This document shows, piece by piece, positions 1-8,111 of a stretch of DNA of 64,000 nt. A program made the position numbers and the translations under genes. Origin of the DNA: Pseudomonadota bacterium (lineage in GTDB: Bacteria; Pseudomonadota; Gammaproteobacteria; Steroidobacterales; Steroidobacteraceae); the NCBI GenBank assembly GCA_043747875.1, contig JAYTOI010000037.1, positions 30-64,029 of the forward strand, in the 5' to 3' direction. Within the stretch, counting starts at the first letter, position 1. Every line of letters starts with the position of its first letter. The notes beneath the pieces are model-generated. The model was not told the DNA's origin. It did no database searches and saw only the letters and a list, made by a program, of their open reading frames with translations.

Positions 1-20
1 TCCGCCAGCGGCTCACTCAG

Positions 21-467
21 GTGGGCACAATCCGGGGAAACCGGGTGGTACTAATGCGGGAAATCCTGCAGCTGGCAACGCGCGCCAAGCCTGGCATGGG
101 TGAAGAGGCAGGAAATGCGCTCATGCAGAGCGCCCTATCGAAGACATTTGGCTCTACCATTCGCGAGCTCACAAAAGCAGGAAAGCTGCCGCCTGAATTG
201 GAAGTAAAAGTTAAGGAATTGCTGGCCGAACGGAACTGGCTCGTCCACGAGTCACGTGCAAGCAGCCGCAGTGCGGTGCGCAACGACGAATCATGTCTCT
301 CGGTGGTCAATAGAATAGATGCAATTGGCGACATGGCCTTGGTCCTGATGCGGCAGTTTGAGGCTCTCGTGGGTACGGTGGTCAAGTCATATGGCATTTC
401 TACTGATGATATCGACGCGCGGGCTGCGGAGCTGCTCCAAAAATGGCACGCCGGCAATGCGCTCTAA
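21..467 (+). CDS. Cassette protein, all-helical, HEPN-like R-x4-H motif (5' end may lie off-window)
   Basis: The ORF is open to the left edge. Motif AERNWLVHES (R-N-x3-H). The stop TAA lies inside attC 1 R''. Confidence 0.5.
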   Translation: MGTIRGNRVVLMREILQLATRAKPGMGEEAGNALMQSALSKTFGSTIRELTKAGKLPPELEVKVKELLAERNWLVHESRASSRSAVRNDESCLSVVNRIDAIGDMALVLMRQFEALVGTVVKSYGISTDDIDARAAELLQKWHAGNAL

Positions 468-550
468 CAAATCGCTGGAGCGGACGCGTGAAAGATAAAG
501 TGCCAAGTTCATACGTCGGCGTGCGCGCCGCTCAGCTCAACCGTTAGAGC
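461..550 (+). repeat. attC site 1
   Basis: gctctaac...ctggagcgg...ccgctcagctcaacc gttagag; matches the repeat consensus. Confidence 0.85.
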
Positions 551-552
551 GC

Positions 553-1086
553 ATGAGCACGCGCCCCGTCGAGGTCGACGCCTTCGCTCAATCGACCCGC
601 GATTTCCTCGCGTGGTGCGATCGTTCGCATGAAGGAAAATCCCCAGGCCCTTTTCGGCATGAAGCTCTTTTCTCGTTGTCAGTCATTTACACGGCCGCCC
701 TTTCTCTCCCTGGTGTCGAAGCGCGAGATACGCCCGACCCACCGTCGATGACGCCCGAAAAACGCTCCGCTATCGCCCGCAACCTCTCCAGCTTGCCCTT
801 TCAGTATTACTGGGAAATCTTTACTCCGTCAGACCTCGATGGAGACAAGGAGCCGGTGTGTGGGGACTTGTTCGATGACTTTCAGGATATTTACGGAGAC
901 CTTTCAACCGGGCTGTGGCTTTATGATCGTGGGCATGTCGAAACGGCGGCTTTCACATGGAATCTCATGTTCGGTGTTCATTGGGGACGTCACGCTGTGA
1001 GCGCCATGCACGCGCTCCACTCCTTTGATCCCGACGACGCCGAGATGCGCTCTAACAAATCGCTGGAGCGGACGCGTGAGGGATAA
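553..1086 (+). CDS. DUF5063-like cassette protein
   Basis: The C-terminal pattern DLFDDFQDIYGDLSTGLWLYDRG...AAFTWNLMFGVHWGRHAVSAMHALH matches my recollection of the DUF5063 signature. The last 11 aa are encoded by attC 2. Confidence 0.6.
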   Translation: MSTRPVEVDAFAQSTRDFLAWCDRSHEGKSPGPFRHEALFSLSVIYTAALSLPGVEARDTPDPPSMTPEKRSAIARNLSSLPFQYYWEIFTPSDLDGDKEPVCGDLFDDFQDIYGDLSTGLWLYDRGHVETAAFTWNLMFGVHWGRHAVSAMHALHSFDPDDAEMRSNKSLERTREG

Positions 1087-1138
1087 AGTGCCAAGCTCAG
1101 ACGCCCGCGCGCGCGCCGCTCAGCTCAACCGTTAGGCG
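1049..1138 (+). repeat. attC site 2
   Basis: gctctaac ... gttaggc; same 89-nt consensus. Confidence 0.85.
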
Positions 1139-1165
1139 GCACTCGGCGTTGGCGCTTGCTCCAAG

Positions 1166-1546
1166 ATGTACTTACGTTTCGTTCTCAAAGTGTTGGAAAG
1201 CGACTCAGGTTACCGCCGCGGGATCCTCGTTGCCGCTCACGAACTTCGCGACAACGGAGATTTGAGTGTCGAGGAACATCGCGAGATCCATGAAGCATTG
1301 GCATGGTTCAACGCAAACTTGAACCACCCATCCTGTCTTGCCGACCCGAGCAAACGTCGTGCCATTTCTTGGTTCAAGCCAGGTGCAGCCAAGCCAATAT
1401 CTAAAATGTGGGGGCTCAAAGCGATTCTCGAAAATCATGGGCATACTGTCGACGTGCACAAGACCGACGATCCTGGCATCGTTCCTTTCGAGGATGGCTG
1501 GCAAGTCGTCGCAAAGCCGCATAAGGGTGAGCGTGTGCCATGGTAA
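1166..1546 (+). CDS. Hypothetical cassette protein
   Basis: Single ORF filling the cassette between attC 2 and attC 3. Confidence 0.55.
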   Translation: MYLRFVLKVLESDSGYRRGILVAAHELRDNGDLSVEEHREIHEALAWFNANLNHPSCLADPSKRRAISWFKPGAAKPISKMWGLKAILENHGHTVDVHKTDDPGIVPFEDGWQVVAKPHKGERVPW

Positions 1547-1550
1547 TGCC

Positions 1551-1640
1551 GCCTAACAAATCTCTACGGAGCGGACGCGTGAGGGATAAAGTGCCAAGCC
1601 CAGACATCGGCGTGCGCGCCGCTCAGCTCAACCGTTAGGC
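1551..1640 (+). repeat. attC site 3
   Basis: gcctaac ... gttaggc. Confidence 0.85.
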
Positions 1641-1659
1641 GTCTCGAAGGAGCAGTCTC

Positions 1660-2022
1660 ATGAACGTTTTGCTCAAGATACTCATGATCGCAGTCGCAGC
1701 CTCAACACTCATATTCGCTGTGGTAGTGCTCGATAAGAAGATTGCCAAGATCTTGGAAGTTCGCTGGCAGTTGCTGGCTCGCTCTGCCCTGTACGCATTC
1801 GTGTTTACTCCAACTGCTTATCATTACGCGCCGAACACGATTGTGGCGCCACTACATCTCTCCACGATCGGCGGAAACCTGTTCTATGGCCACGACTACA
1901 CCTGGGGAATGTTTTCTTTTGGCGTGGCGTTGCCACTTTTGTGTGGGTGGGCCGCAATTCTGATTGTCTTGCTCTTCAGGTGGCAGTTGCCTGCACGGGC
2001 CGTGCAGGCGAGGGCCGAGTGA
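1660..2022 (+). CDS. Small membrane cassette protein (3-4 TM)
   Basis: Hydrophobic segments; single ORF in the cassette. Confidence 0.6.
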   Translation: MNVLLKILMIAVAASTLIFAVVVLDKKIAKILEVRWQLLARSALYAFVFTPTAYHYAPNTIVAPLHLSTIGGNLFYGHDYTWGMFSFGVALPLLCGWAAILIVLLFRWQLPARAVQARAE

Positions 2023-2029
2023 CCGAGAC

Positions 2030-2118
2030 GCCTAACAACTCGCTGGAGCGGACGCGTGAGGGATAAAGTGCCAAGCTCAGACGTCGGCGTGCGCGCCGCT
2101 CAGCTCAACCGTTAGGCG
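2030..2118 (+). repeat. attC site 4
   Basis: gcctaac ... gttaggc. Confidence 0.85.
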
Positions 2119-2127
2119 GTACGCGAC

Positions 2128-2532
2128 ATGGCCAACGGCTTCCACGGCCCACAGGCACAGTGGGAATCTCTTGAGACGCCGCTTCGAGCGTTAGACGCGG
2201 AGCTTCGATCCTTCGCGGAGCGCCACGGTGCAGCGCTCACGAGCAATAGCAGAAGCTGGCCGGATCGGTCGATCTTTTGGGGCAACTCCATTCGGCACCT
2301 AATCCAAATTTACCTAGCGGATGAAGTGCGTCTGACGTATAGCTTTTGGCTTTGTGCCCATGAGGATCGAGGCGGCAAACGGTACTTGAGGAAGCAATTC
2401 CTTAAGGAAGCGGTACCCATTATAGAAATAGCGGCTGACCTGCCGAATCTGTTAGAAGAGGGGCGGTTGTTACTGGAGGGATGGTCCAGTGAGACGTTGG
2501 AATTCGCTACAGAGCTGAGCCCGCATCCTTGA
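2128..2532 (+). CDS. Hypothetical cassette protein
   Basis: Single ORF in the cassette between attC 4 and attC 5. Confidence 0.55.
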   Translation: MANGFHGPQAQWESLETPLRALDAELRSFAERHGAALTSNSRSWPDRSIFWGNSIRHLIQIYLADEVRLTYSFWLCAHEDRGGKRYLRKQFLKEAVPIIEIAADLPNLLEEGRLLLEGWSSETLEFATELSPHP

Positions 2533-2538
2533 CGGCGC

Positions 2539-2627
2539 GCCTAACAAGTCGTTCGAGCAGACGCGTGTGGGATAAAGTGCCAAGTTCATACGTCGGCGTG
2601 CGCGCCGCTCAACTCAGTCGTTAGGTT
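2539..2627 (+). repeat. attC site 5
   Basis: gcctaac ... gttaggt; arms slightly diverged (gttcgagcag / ccgctcaactc). Confidence 0.8.
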
Positions 2628-2656
2628 GCTCCGAATTCTCCCCTGTACGGTTGGGG

Positions 2657-2686
2657 TTGCAATCTCCTATTTACCGTAGTTACACT
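2657..2686 (+). promoter_or_regulatory. Candidate sigma-70 promoter internal to the BrnTA cassette
   Basis: ttgcaa-N18-tacact ends 5 nt upstream of the brnT GTG. This implies a near-leaderless transcript. Confidence 0.3.
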
Positions 2687-2691
2687 AATTC

Positions 2692-2967
2692 GTGCGCATT
2701 ACCTTCGATCCAGCCAAGCGAGCTGCCACTCTGGAAGAGCGAGGGCTCGATTTCGCGGATACCGCTGAAGTATTCGATGGGATCACGGTTGAAGCGGAGG
2801 ACACGCGCAAGGACTACGGAGAGACGAGAATCATTTGTTTCGGCCTGTTGCGAGGCCGGCTTGTGCAGATCGTCTATACGTCGCGTGACGCTGGGCGTCA
2901 CATCATCAGTATGAGGAAAGCCAATGGCCGCGAAAAAGCGCGTCTCGCGCCGCTCCTTGGGATCTGA
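2692..2967 (+). CDS. brnT: BrnT-family type II toxin (DUF497)
   Basis: ITFDPAKRAATLEERGLDFADTAEVF...EDTRKDYGETRI...IISMRKANGREK fits the BrnT pattern. Overlaps the downstream antitoxin gene. Confidence 0.75.
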   Translation: MRITFDPAKRAATLEERGLDFADTAEVFDGITVEAEDTRKDYGETRIICFGLLRGRLVQIVYTSRDAGRHIISMRKANGREKARLAPLLGI

Positions 2968-3199
2968 TCTCAGGCGTGTCGACGAACACAGAATCAAGCC
3001 GCACGAGTACGTGGACGGCCCGTGCCTGACGTCCGAGATGCTCGGTCGCATGGTGGTGAAGAAGCGTGGGCGCCCAATTTCCGGCAATGCACGACGGCTT
3101 TTGACATTGCGTCTTCCGGTCGAGGTCATCGAACGATGGAAGGCCACTGGTCCTGGCTGGCAAACGCGCATGGCCGACCGTCTTAGTAAGACGCGCTAG
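2924..3199 (+). CDS. brnA: BrnA-family antitoxin
   Basis: KKRGRPISGNARRLLTLRLPVEVIERWKATGPGWQTRMADRL fits the BrnA antitoxin C-terminal pattern. 44-nt overlap with brnT. Confidence 0.7.
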   Translation: MAAKKRVSRRSLGSDLRRVDEHRIKPHEYVDGPCLTSEMLGRMVVKKRGRPISGNARRLLTLRLPVEVIERWKATGPGWQTRMADRLSKTR

Positions 3200-3203
3200 A
3201 GCA

Positions 3204-3292
3204 ACCTAACAAATCGCTGGAGCGGACGCGTGATAGATAAAGTGCCAAGCCCAATCGTCGGCGCGCGCGCCGCTCAGCTCCACCGTTAGTTG
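3204..3292 (+). repeat. attC site 6
   Basis: acctaac ... gttagtt. Confidence 0.8.
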
Positions 3293-3298
3293 GCCCTC

Positions 3299-3715
3299 AT
3301 GCGCCTCGCAAAGATACTCAGTTGGGTGGTATTCGCGCTACTTGTCTGCGCGATCGTCGCACAAGCGTATAGATTCTCGGGCACAGTGAGACCGTCGCAG
3401 CTGCTGCTATGGGTGCCAATGACGCTGGCGCTCTGGGTCTACTATCGACAAGCACCGGTTTGGCTCCGAATGACCGCCTTGCTCGCAAACGTGCTTTGGG
3501 CATTGCTAGGAGGCTTTCTTGTGTTCTGCGCCGTCGCCGGGCTTCTCGGTTGGCAGTACTTTGCAGTCGCAAGCCCGGTTGTCGTCATACCATTCGCGGT
3601 CGTTGTTCTACTTCTACCTGGCGCAATAAATGTCATGGCGTTGTGGGTCGGGGCGGCGCCGAAAAAGGTCTCCGCCGGGCCGCCTAACACCTCGCTGGAG
3701 CGGACGCGTGATTGA
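3299..3715 (+). CDS. Small membrane cassette protein (4 TM)
   Basis: Hydrophobic ORF. The C-terminal PPNTSLERTRD is encoded by attC 7. Confidence 0.6.
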   Translation: MRLAKILSWVVFALLVCAIVAQAYRFSGTVRPSQLLLWVPMTLALWVYYRQAPVWLRMTALLANVLWALLGGFLVFCAVAGLLGWQYFAVASPVVVIPFAVVVLLLPGAINVMALWVGAAPKKVSAGPPNTSLERTRD

Positions 3716-3771
3716 TAAAGCGTTCAAGCTCATACACCGGCGCGCGCGCCGCTCAGCTCCACCGTTAGGCG
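3682..3771 (+). repeat. attC site 7
   Basis: gcctaac ... gttaggc. Confidence 0.85.
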
Positions 3772-3780
3772 ACATCGATC

Positions 3781-4128
3781 ATGCTCCGCGCTTCGTTCAT
3801 CACCATAGACGAAGATCCCGATCTGATTGTCTCTTTCGGCCTCGAACCGAGTGACGCCAGATCACTCACGCTTATCCGCAGCCCCCATCTCGAGCATCTA
3901 ATTGCCGACGAGGATCGTGGGGTAACCGTTTCGTACTCCGGCGATACGTCAGGAGTCGTTCGCCTTCTTTTGACCGTAGACTGGTCAGATGAAACGGTCC
4001 GACTAGAAGCAACGAAACAGATATATGCTCTAAACGTTTCTGGGGTCGAGGCTGTAGAAATCGCCGAGGCTAAGCGTATTCTTTCCCTGATGAATGCTGA
4101 CGGTAGGTTCCGGTGCGATGTCGCCTAA
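3781..4128 (+). CDS. Hypothetical acidic cassette protein
   Basis: Single ORF. The stop TAA lies in attC 8 R''. Confidence 0.55.
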   Translation: MLRASFITIDEDPDLIVSFGLEPSDARSLTLIRSPHLEHLIADEDRGVTVSYSGDTSGVVRLLLTVDWSDETVRLEATKQIYALNVSGVEAVEIAEAKRILSLMNADGRFRCDVA

Positions 4129-4211
4129 CAAATCGTTGGAGCGGACGCGTGAACGATAAAGTGCCAAGCCCATACTTCGGCGCGCGCGCCGCTCAGCTCA
4201 ATCGTTAGACG
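4123..4211 (+). repeat. attC site 8
   Basis: gcctaac ... gttagac. Confidence 0.85.
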
Positions 4212-4215
4212 GCTC

Positions 4216-4530
4216 TCAGCGTTTCGCGATGATCTTCGCCAGCTCACGATTCGAAGTGCCAAGCGCGAGTAGCGACTTCACCAGCAGATCCAATGACACG
4301 GTCGGATCGCCAGCTTCCATTTTGGCCACACGAGACTGACTTGAGCGCAACGACTGTGCCAGCTGGCTTTGGGTTACTCCCCGCGACTGGCGCCTGGACT
4401 TCAATCCATCCGCAAGTCGCAAGCGCAGGTCGATGAATGCTTCCTCTTGGTCACTCAGTCCTAGGAAGTCCTTGGCATCGCCAACCCGCCAACCCTTTTC
4501 AGCCAGTTTCTTTCGCCTACTTTCGCGCAC
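4216..4530 (-). CDS. XRE-family HTH antitoxin (HigA-like)
   Basis: GVTQSQLAQSLRSSQSRVAKMEAG HTH motif. Overlaps the upstream toxin gene by 14 nt. Confidence 0.75.
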   Translation of the reverse strand: MRESRRKKLAEKGWRVGDAKDFLGLSDQEEAFIDLRLRLADGLKSRRQSRGVTQSQLAQSLRSSQSRVAKMEAGDPTVSLDLLVKSLLALGTSNRELAKIIAKR

Positions 4531-4855
4531 GGTCGTACTCCTTAAATCGCTTCTTACACGTATCTATGACCGCTTTCGGAGTAGCCCGACTCTTCTTTGC
4601 GAAGACTTCCACGATCACAATGGCATCCCTATCGATCCGCAACACCAGCCGCCAATTGCCCGTGGTGTCGTTTACCCGCAGCTCGTGGCACCTAGCTCCG
4701 ATTGATGGCATCGGGCGCGAAGCTGGCATTTCAAGCAAATCACCACGTTGCAGGCGCCTTAGAAGAAACCCCGCTTCGATGCGCCCTTCTTTTGAGAAGG
4801 GTGGCGACTTAACTTCGCCATGCAACCACACCAATGGCTTGTGCTTCGAGCTCAC
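4517..4855 (-). CDS. RelE/HigB-superfamily toxin (phage Gp49-like, DUF891 type)
   Basis: KPLVWLHGEVKSPPFS...IGARCHELRVND..GNWRLVLRID.DAIVIVEVFAKKSRATPK fits the Gp49/HigB-like pattern. GTG start. Confidence 0.7.
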   Translation of the reverse strand: MSSKHKPLVWLHGEVKSPPFSKEGRIEAGFLLRRLQRGDLLEMPASRPMPSIGARCHELRVNDTTGNWRLVLRIDRDAIVIVEVFAKKSRATPKAVIDTCKKRFKEYDRARK

Positions 4856-4865
4856 GGGGCGCAGT

Positions 4866-4885
4866 ATATGTCAGAATGGACATAT
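4866..4885 (-). promoter_or_regulatory. Palindromic operator overlapping a -10-like box of the inverted TA cassette
   Basis: Perfect inverted repeat atatgtc-N6-gacatat. On the minus strand tatact lies 7 nt upstream of the toxin GTG. Confidence 0.45.
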
Positions 4886-4895
4886 GCGAAAGAGC

Positions 4896-4985
4896 CGACT
4901 AACAAATCGCTGGAGCGGACGCGTGAAGGATAAAGTGCCAAGCTCAAGCGCCGGCGCGCGCGCCGCTCAGCTCAACCGTCAGGCG
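4896..4985 (+). repeat. attC site 9
   Basis: cgactaac ... gtcaggc. Confidence 0.8.
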
Positions 4986-5086
4986 GCAGTCATTGGCAAC
5001 GTAAGTCGAATGACTACGTTCTCCCATGAATCGCGCAGCGAGGATGCGTCGCTGCAAATCTGGACCGCAACACATAGGATTGCCGA

Positions 5087-5536
5087 ATGAACACCAGTGT
5101 CAAGTTTTCGCAGGCCTTTTCGTGGAAAACTGTTGGATTCTGGCTGGTGCTCGCGATGGCGCTCCTACAGTTGTTCTATTCGTGCTTTGCCTTCGCAAGC
5201 CCGATTGAGTTTGCTAGCTATCGGGGCAGCAAACTGGGCCACGACACGGAGTGGGTGCGCATCTACGCTTCTCGCACGCTATTCGTGGCGTTGGTGCTTG
5301 GACTCTTGCTATCGCTTCAAGAGATTGCTCTTCTTCGGTGGATTTCCGTGCTCGGAATTGTCATGCCACTTAGCGATGCTGTCCTGGCATATCAAAGCTC
5401 TGCACCATCTTCGATAATCGCGAGGCACCTAGCAACAATCATCTATCTTTTTCTAACCGTGGGGGTCTTGACCTACTGGCTAAAACGCAACCGGCGGCCG
5501 CCTAACACCTCGCTGGAGCGGGCGCGTGAGGGATAA
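5087..5536 (+). CDS. Small membrane cassette protein (4 TM)
   Basis: Hydrophobic ORF; attC 10-encoded tail PPNTSLERAREG. Confidence 0.6.
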   Translation: MNTSVKFSQAFSWKTVGFWLVLAMALLQLFYSCFAFASPIEFASYRGSKLGHDTEWVRIYASRTLFVALVLGLLLSLQEIALLRWISVLGIVMPLSDAVLAYQSSAPSSIIARHLATIIYLFLTVGVLTYWLKRNRRPPNTSLERAREG

Positions 5537-5588
5537 AGTGCCAAGCTCAGACCGCGGCGCGCGCGCCGCTCAGCTCAACCGTTAAGCG
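5500..5588 (+). repeat. attC site 10
   Basis: gcctaac ... gttaagc. Confidence 0.85.
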
Positions 5589-5602
5589 GGAGGAGAACCG
5601 TC

Positions 5603-6037
5603 GTGGAAAAGTCACTGACGCTGCGATACAACCTTAGCACCCTGGCCGTTGTCGGTCTTTGCATTGCTCTTCCGCTCATGCGATTGAGTGATAATCATTG
5701 GGTTCCAGTCGCGTTGATGTTTGCTACAGGTTTGGTATTCGGCTACCGGGATGGCCGCGCAATACTGACGCACCGGGATGCGCTCCTTGCGGCGAAGGAT
5801 AGAGAGGACGTTGCGGAGATCCTCGGGCAGTCGTGGCTTGATCCAAGTTTCATCGCCTATTTGTGTATCGCCGCGCTTGGCACGCTATCAGTTGCTCTCG
5901 TGTACAGCGATGAAGTACCGAAGATCGGAGCAGCCTCGATCTGGGCCCTTGTTGCAGGGCGCGCGGCTGGCAGCTTTCCAAGCTTTGTCATCCTAAAAAG
6001 ATATGCGCGAAGCCGGAATGCGCAGCCTGCCGCCTAA
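5603..6037 (+). CDS. Small membrane cassette protein
   Basis: GTG start; hydrophobic segments; stop TAA in attC 11 R''. Confidence 0.55.
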   Translation: MEKSLTLRYNLSTLAVVGLCIALPLMRLSDNHWVPVALMFATGLVFGYRDGRAILTHRDALLAAKDREDVAEILGQSWLDPSFIAYLCIAALGTLSVALVYSDEVPKIGAASIWALVAGRAAGSFPSFVILKRYARSRNAQPAA

Positions 6038-6120
6038 CACCTCGTTCGAGCGGACGCGTGAGGGATAAAGTGCCAAGCTCATACAGCTACGCGCGCGCCG
6101 CTCAGCTCAACCGTTAGGCG
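6032..6120 (+). repeat. attC site 11
   Basis: gcctaac ... gttaggc. Confidence 0.85.
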
Positions 6121-6122
6121 AC

Positions 6123-6434
6123 ATGAGCACAGTAGCCAACAAAACACGCGCCCAGCGAAACCTGCGGGTTGCGGGCGCAATTGGTCTCCCTTTAGCAGTA
6201 ATGGCCCTATACCTCATTGCTTCCAGGGCGCCATTCCAAAGGATGCCTCCTCCTTGGAGCGACTACATCGGCTTTGGAGTCGCGCTAGTTTCTGGTGCCT
6301 ATTGTGTCTGGAAGCTAGTTCCACACGTGGGGTGGCGCACGCTGGCATTACTTGCTTACGCTCTCGGCTGCGCTGGGTTCTTGTTCATCTTCTCGCTCAT
6401 CTTTGTATGCTCCGCTTTTGGGGACTGTTTGTGA
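6123..6434 (+). CDS. Small membrane cassette protein (3 TM)
   Basis: Hydrophobic ORF starting 3 nt after attC 11. Confidence 0.6.
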   Translation: MSTVANKTRAQRNLRVAGAIGLPLAVMALYLIASRAPFQRMPPPWSDYIGFGVALVSGAYCVWKLVPHVGWRTLALLAYALGCAGFLFIFSLIFVCSAFGDCL

Positions 6435-6452
6435 GATGTCTTCCTGCATGTC

Positions 6453-6541
6453 GCCTAACACATCGCTCGAGCGGACGCGTGAGGGATAAAGTGCCAAGCT
6501 CATACATCGGCGCGCGTGCCGCTCAGCTCAGCCGTTAGGCG
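6453..6541 (+). repeat. attC site 12
   Basis: gcctaac ... gttaggc. Confidence 0.85.
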
Positions 6542-6549
6542 GCATAGAA

Positions 6550-7011
6550 ATGTACTCGCATCGCCAAGCAGCGTGGCGTAGCGCCTGGGCGGTCGGTGCC
6601 ACTGTTCTGCCCTTTCTCGTGGTCTATCTGTGGGGAATGCTTCAACCAGGCGCAGCGTCGCCGGTCTTGCCCTGCGTTGTCGCTTTGGCAGTGATTGGCG
6701 TGCTCGCGGTGGTGCTCGCCACTGCATTCGGTCTCGGGTTTCGCCTTTCCGCCCGCAAGACGGTCGGAATCGCTGTGATGGTGGCCACAGCAGCTGCGTA
6801 TTTGGTCCCGCTCGCGCTGCTGTCGTTCATTCCTATCGAAACTCACGCTGTGGCGGTGGCCTTTCCAACTACACCCGACCAAGCTCAGCGCGCATCTGTC
6901 ATGTCAGTCTTGGTGCCAGTGAGCGCAGTCACCCTCGTGCTCTTTGCTTTTCCGCTTGGAGTTTCATTCGTGGCAGCTCGCCTCATCAGGGGAGGTGCCA
7001 ATGCCGCCTAA
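6550..7011 (+). CDS. Small membrane cassette protein (4 TM)
   Basis: Hydrophobic ORF; stop TAA in attC 13 R''. Confidence 0.6.
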   Translation: MYSHRQAAWRSAWAVGATVLPFLVVYLWGMLQPGAASPVLPCVVALAVIGVLAVVLATAFGLGFRLSARKTVGIAVMVATAAAYLVPLALLSFIPIETHAVAVAFPTTPDQAQRASVMSVLVPVSAVTLVLFAFPLGVSFVAARLIRGGANAA

Positions 7012-7094
7012 CTCCTCGCTGGAGCGCACGCGTGAATGTTAAAGTGCCAAGTCCGACCCGCCGCAGCCGCGCCGCTCAGCTCGACCAATAGGTG
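7006..7094 (+). repeat. attC site 13 (degenerate R')
   Basis: gcctaac ... aataggt; central part conserved (gtgaatgttaaagtgccaag). Confidence 0.7.
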
Positions 7095-7098
7095 TCAG

Positions 7099-7527
7099 AT
7101 GGATGTTCGCGAGATTCACACGTCAGAGATCGAAGAAGCCCGTCGCCTTTTGTTTGAGAACGGTTGGGGACATAGGGTGGCCGACCCGAAGCTGTTCAGC
7201 CTGCTCGTCTCAAAATCGCAGCGTGCAGTGGTCGCGGTTGAAGGTGGCAAGGTCATAGGCTTTGCTCGCGCCATTTGCGACGATCTCTCCAATGGGTACC
7301 TCTCGATGGTCGTAGTCGACCCCGCCCATCGTCGCCAGGGCGTGGGGCGGGCGCTAGTGCGTGCTGTCATGGGTGACAATCAGCTCATTACCTGGGTACT
7401 TCGCGCAGGACGTCCAGAGGAACTGCCATTCTTTGCGCGTTTGGGGTTTGTCCCGTCGAGCGTCGCAATGGAGCGCAATCGTGCCGCTAGCCCTGACACT
7501 CAACAAATCGCTGGAGCGAACGCGTGA
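7099..7527 (+). CDS. GNAT-family N-acetyltransferase (cassette)
   Basis: VVDPAHRRQGVGRALV acetyl-CoA-binding motif. The ATG lies just after attC 13. Confidence 0.7.
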   Translation: MDVREIHTSEIEEARRLLFENGWGHRVADPKLFSLLVSKSQRAVVAVEGGKVIGFARAICDDLSNGYLSMVVVDPAHRRQGVGRALVRAVMGDNQLITWVLRAGRPEELPFFARLGFVPSSVAMERNRAASPDTQQIAGANA

Positions 7528-7586
7528 AAGACAAAGTACCAAGATCAGACGCCGGCGCGCGCGGCGCTCAGCTCAACCGTTATGCG
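7498..7586 (+). repeat. attC site 14
   Basis: actcaac ... gttatgc. Confidence 0.75.
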
Positions 7587-7610
7587 GCCCTCTAGCGCTG
7601 CCGTCGTTCC

Positions 7611-8012
7611 ATGAGCGTCGTGGCGGCCGTCGTAGTTGCCGCATTCAGCCTCTCCCTCATCGCATTCACTGGCGTGGCCTTTGCAAAGCCGGCGACCGCC
7701 GAGCGATTTTTGAGCGCTTTCGCGAGTTCAGCGCGAACGCACTACCTAGAGCAGGCTTTGCGCTTGCTCGCCGGGGCGGCGCTCGTCGTACTTTCGCCAA
7801 CTATGTGGCAACCGAAGATGTTCTGGCTCTTTGGGTGGGGCATTGTCGTTAGCTCGACACTGTTGCTGTGCATTCCGTGGCAGTGGCACCATCGGTTGGG
7901 AGAGCGGGTACTACCGCTGCTCGTTCGACATCTCAAACTGTACGCTGTCGCGTCATTCACACTCGGCGCACTGCTGCTTTACGGAGCTTTTGTCGGTGGT
8001 CGAGCCGCATGA
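7611..8012 (+). CDS. Small membrane cassette protein (4 TM)
   Basis: Hydrophobic ORF; stop TGA within the attC 15 R''-like gcatgac. Confidence 0.6.
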   Translation: MSVVAAVVVAAFSLSLIAFTGVAFAKPATAERFLSAFASSARTHYLEQALRLLAGAALVVLSPTMWQPKMFWLFGWGIVVSSTLLLCIPWQWHHRLGERVLPLLVRHLKLYAVASFTLGALLLYGAFVGGRAA

Positions 8013-8095
8013 CAAATCGCTGGAGCGCACGCGTGGGGGATAAAGTGCCAAGCCCAAATCGCCGCAGCGGCGCCGCTCAGCTCGACTGTTAGGTC
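8007..8095 (+). repeat. attC site 15
   Basis: gcatgac ... gttaggt. Confidence 0.75.
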
Positions 8096-8111
8096 TCGGC
8101 CCGTTTGCATC

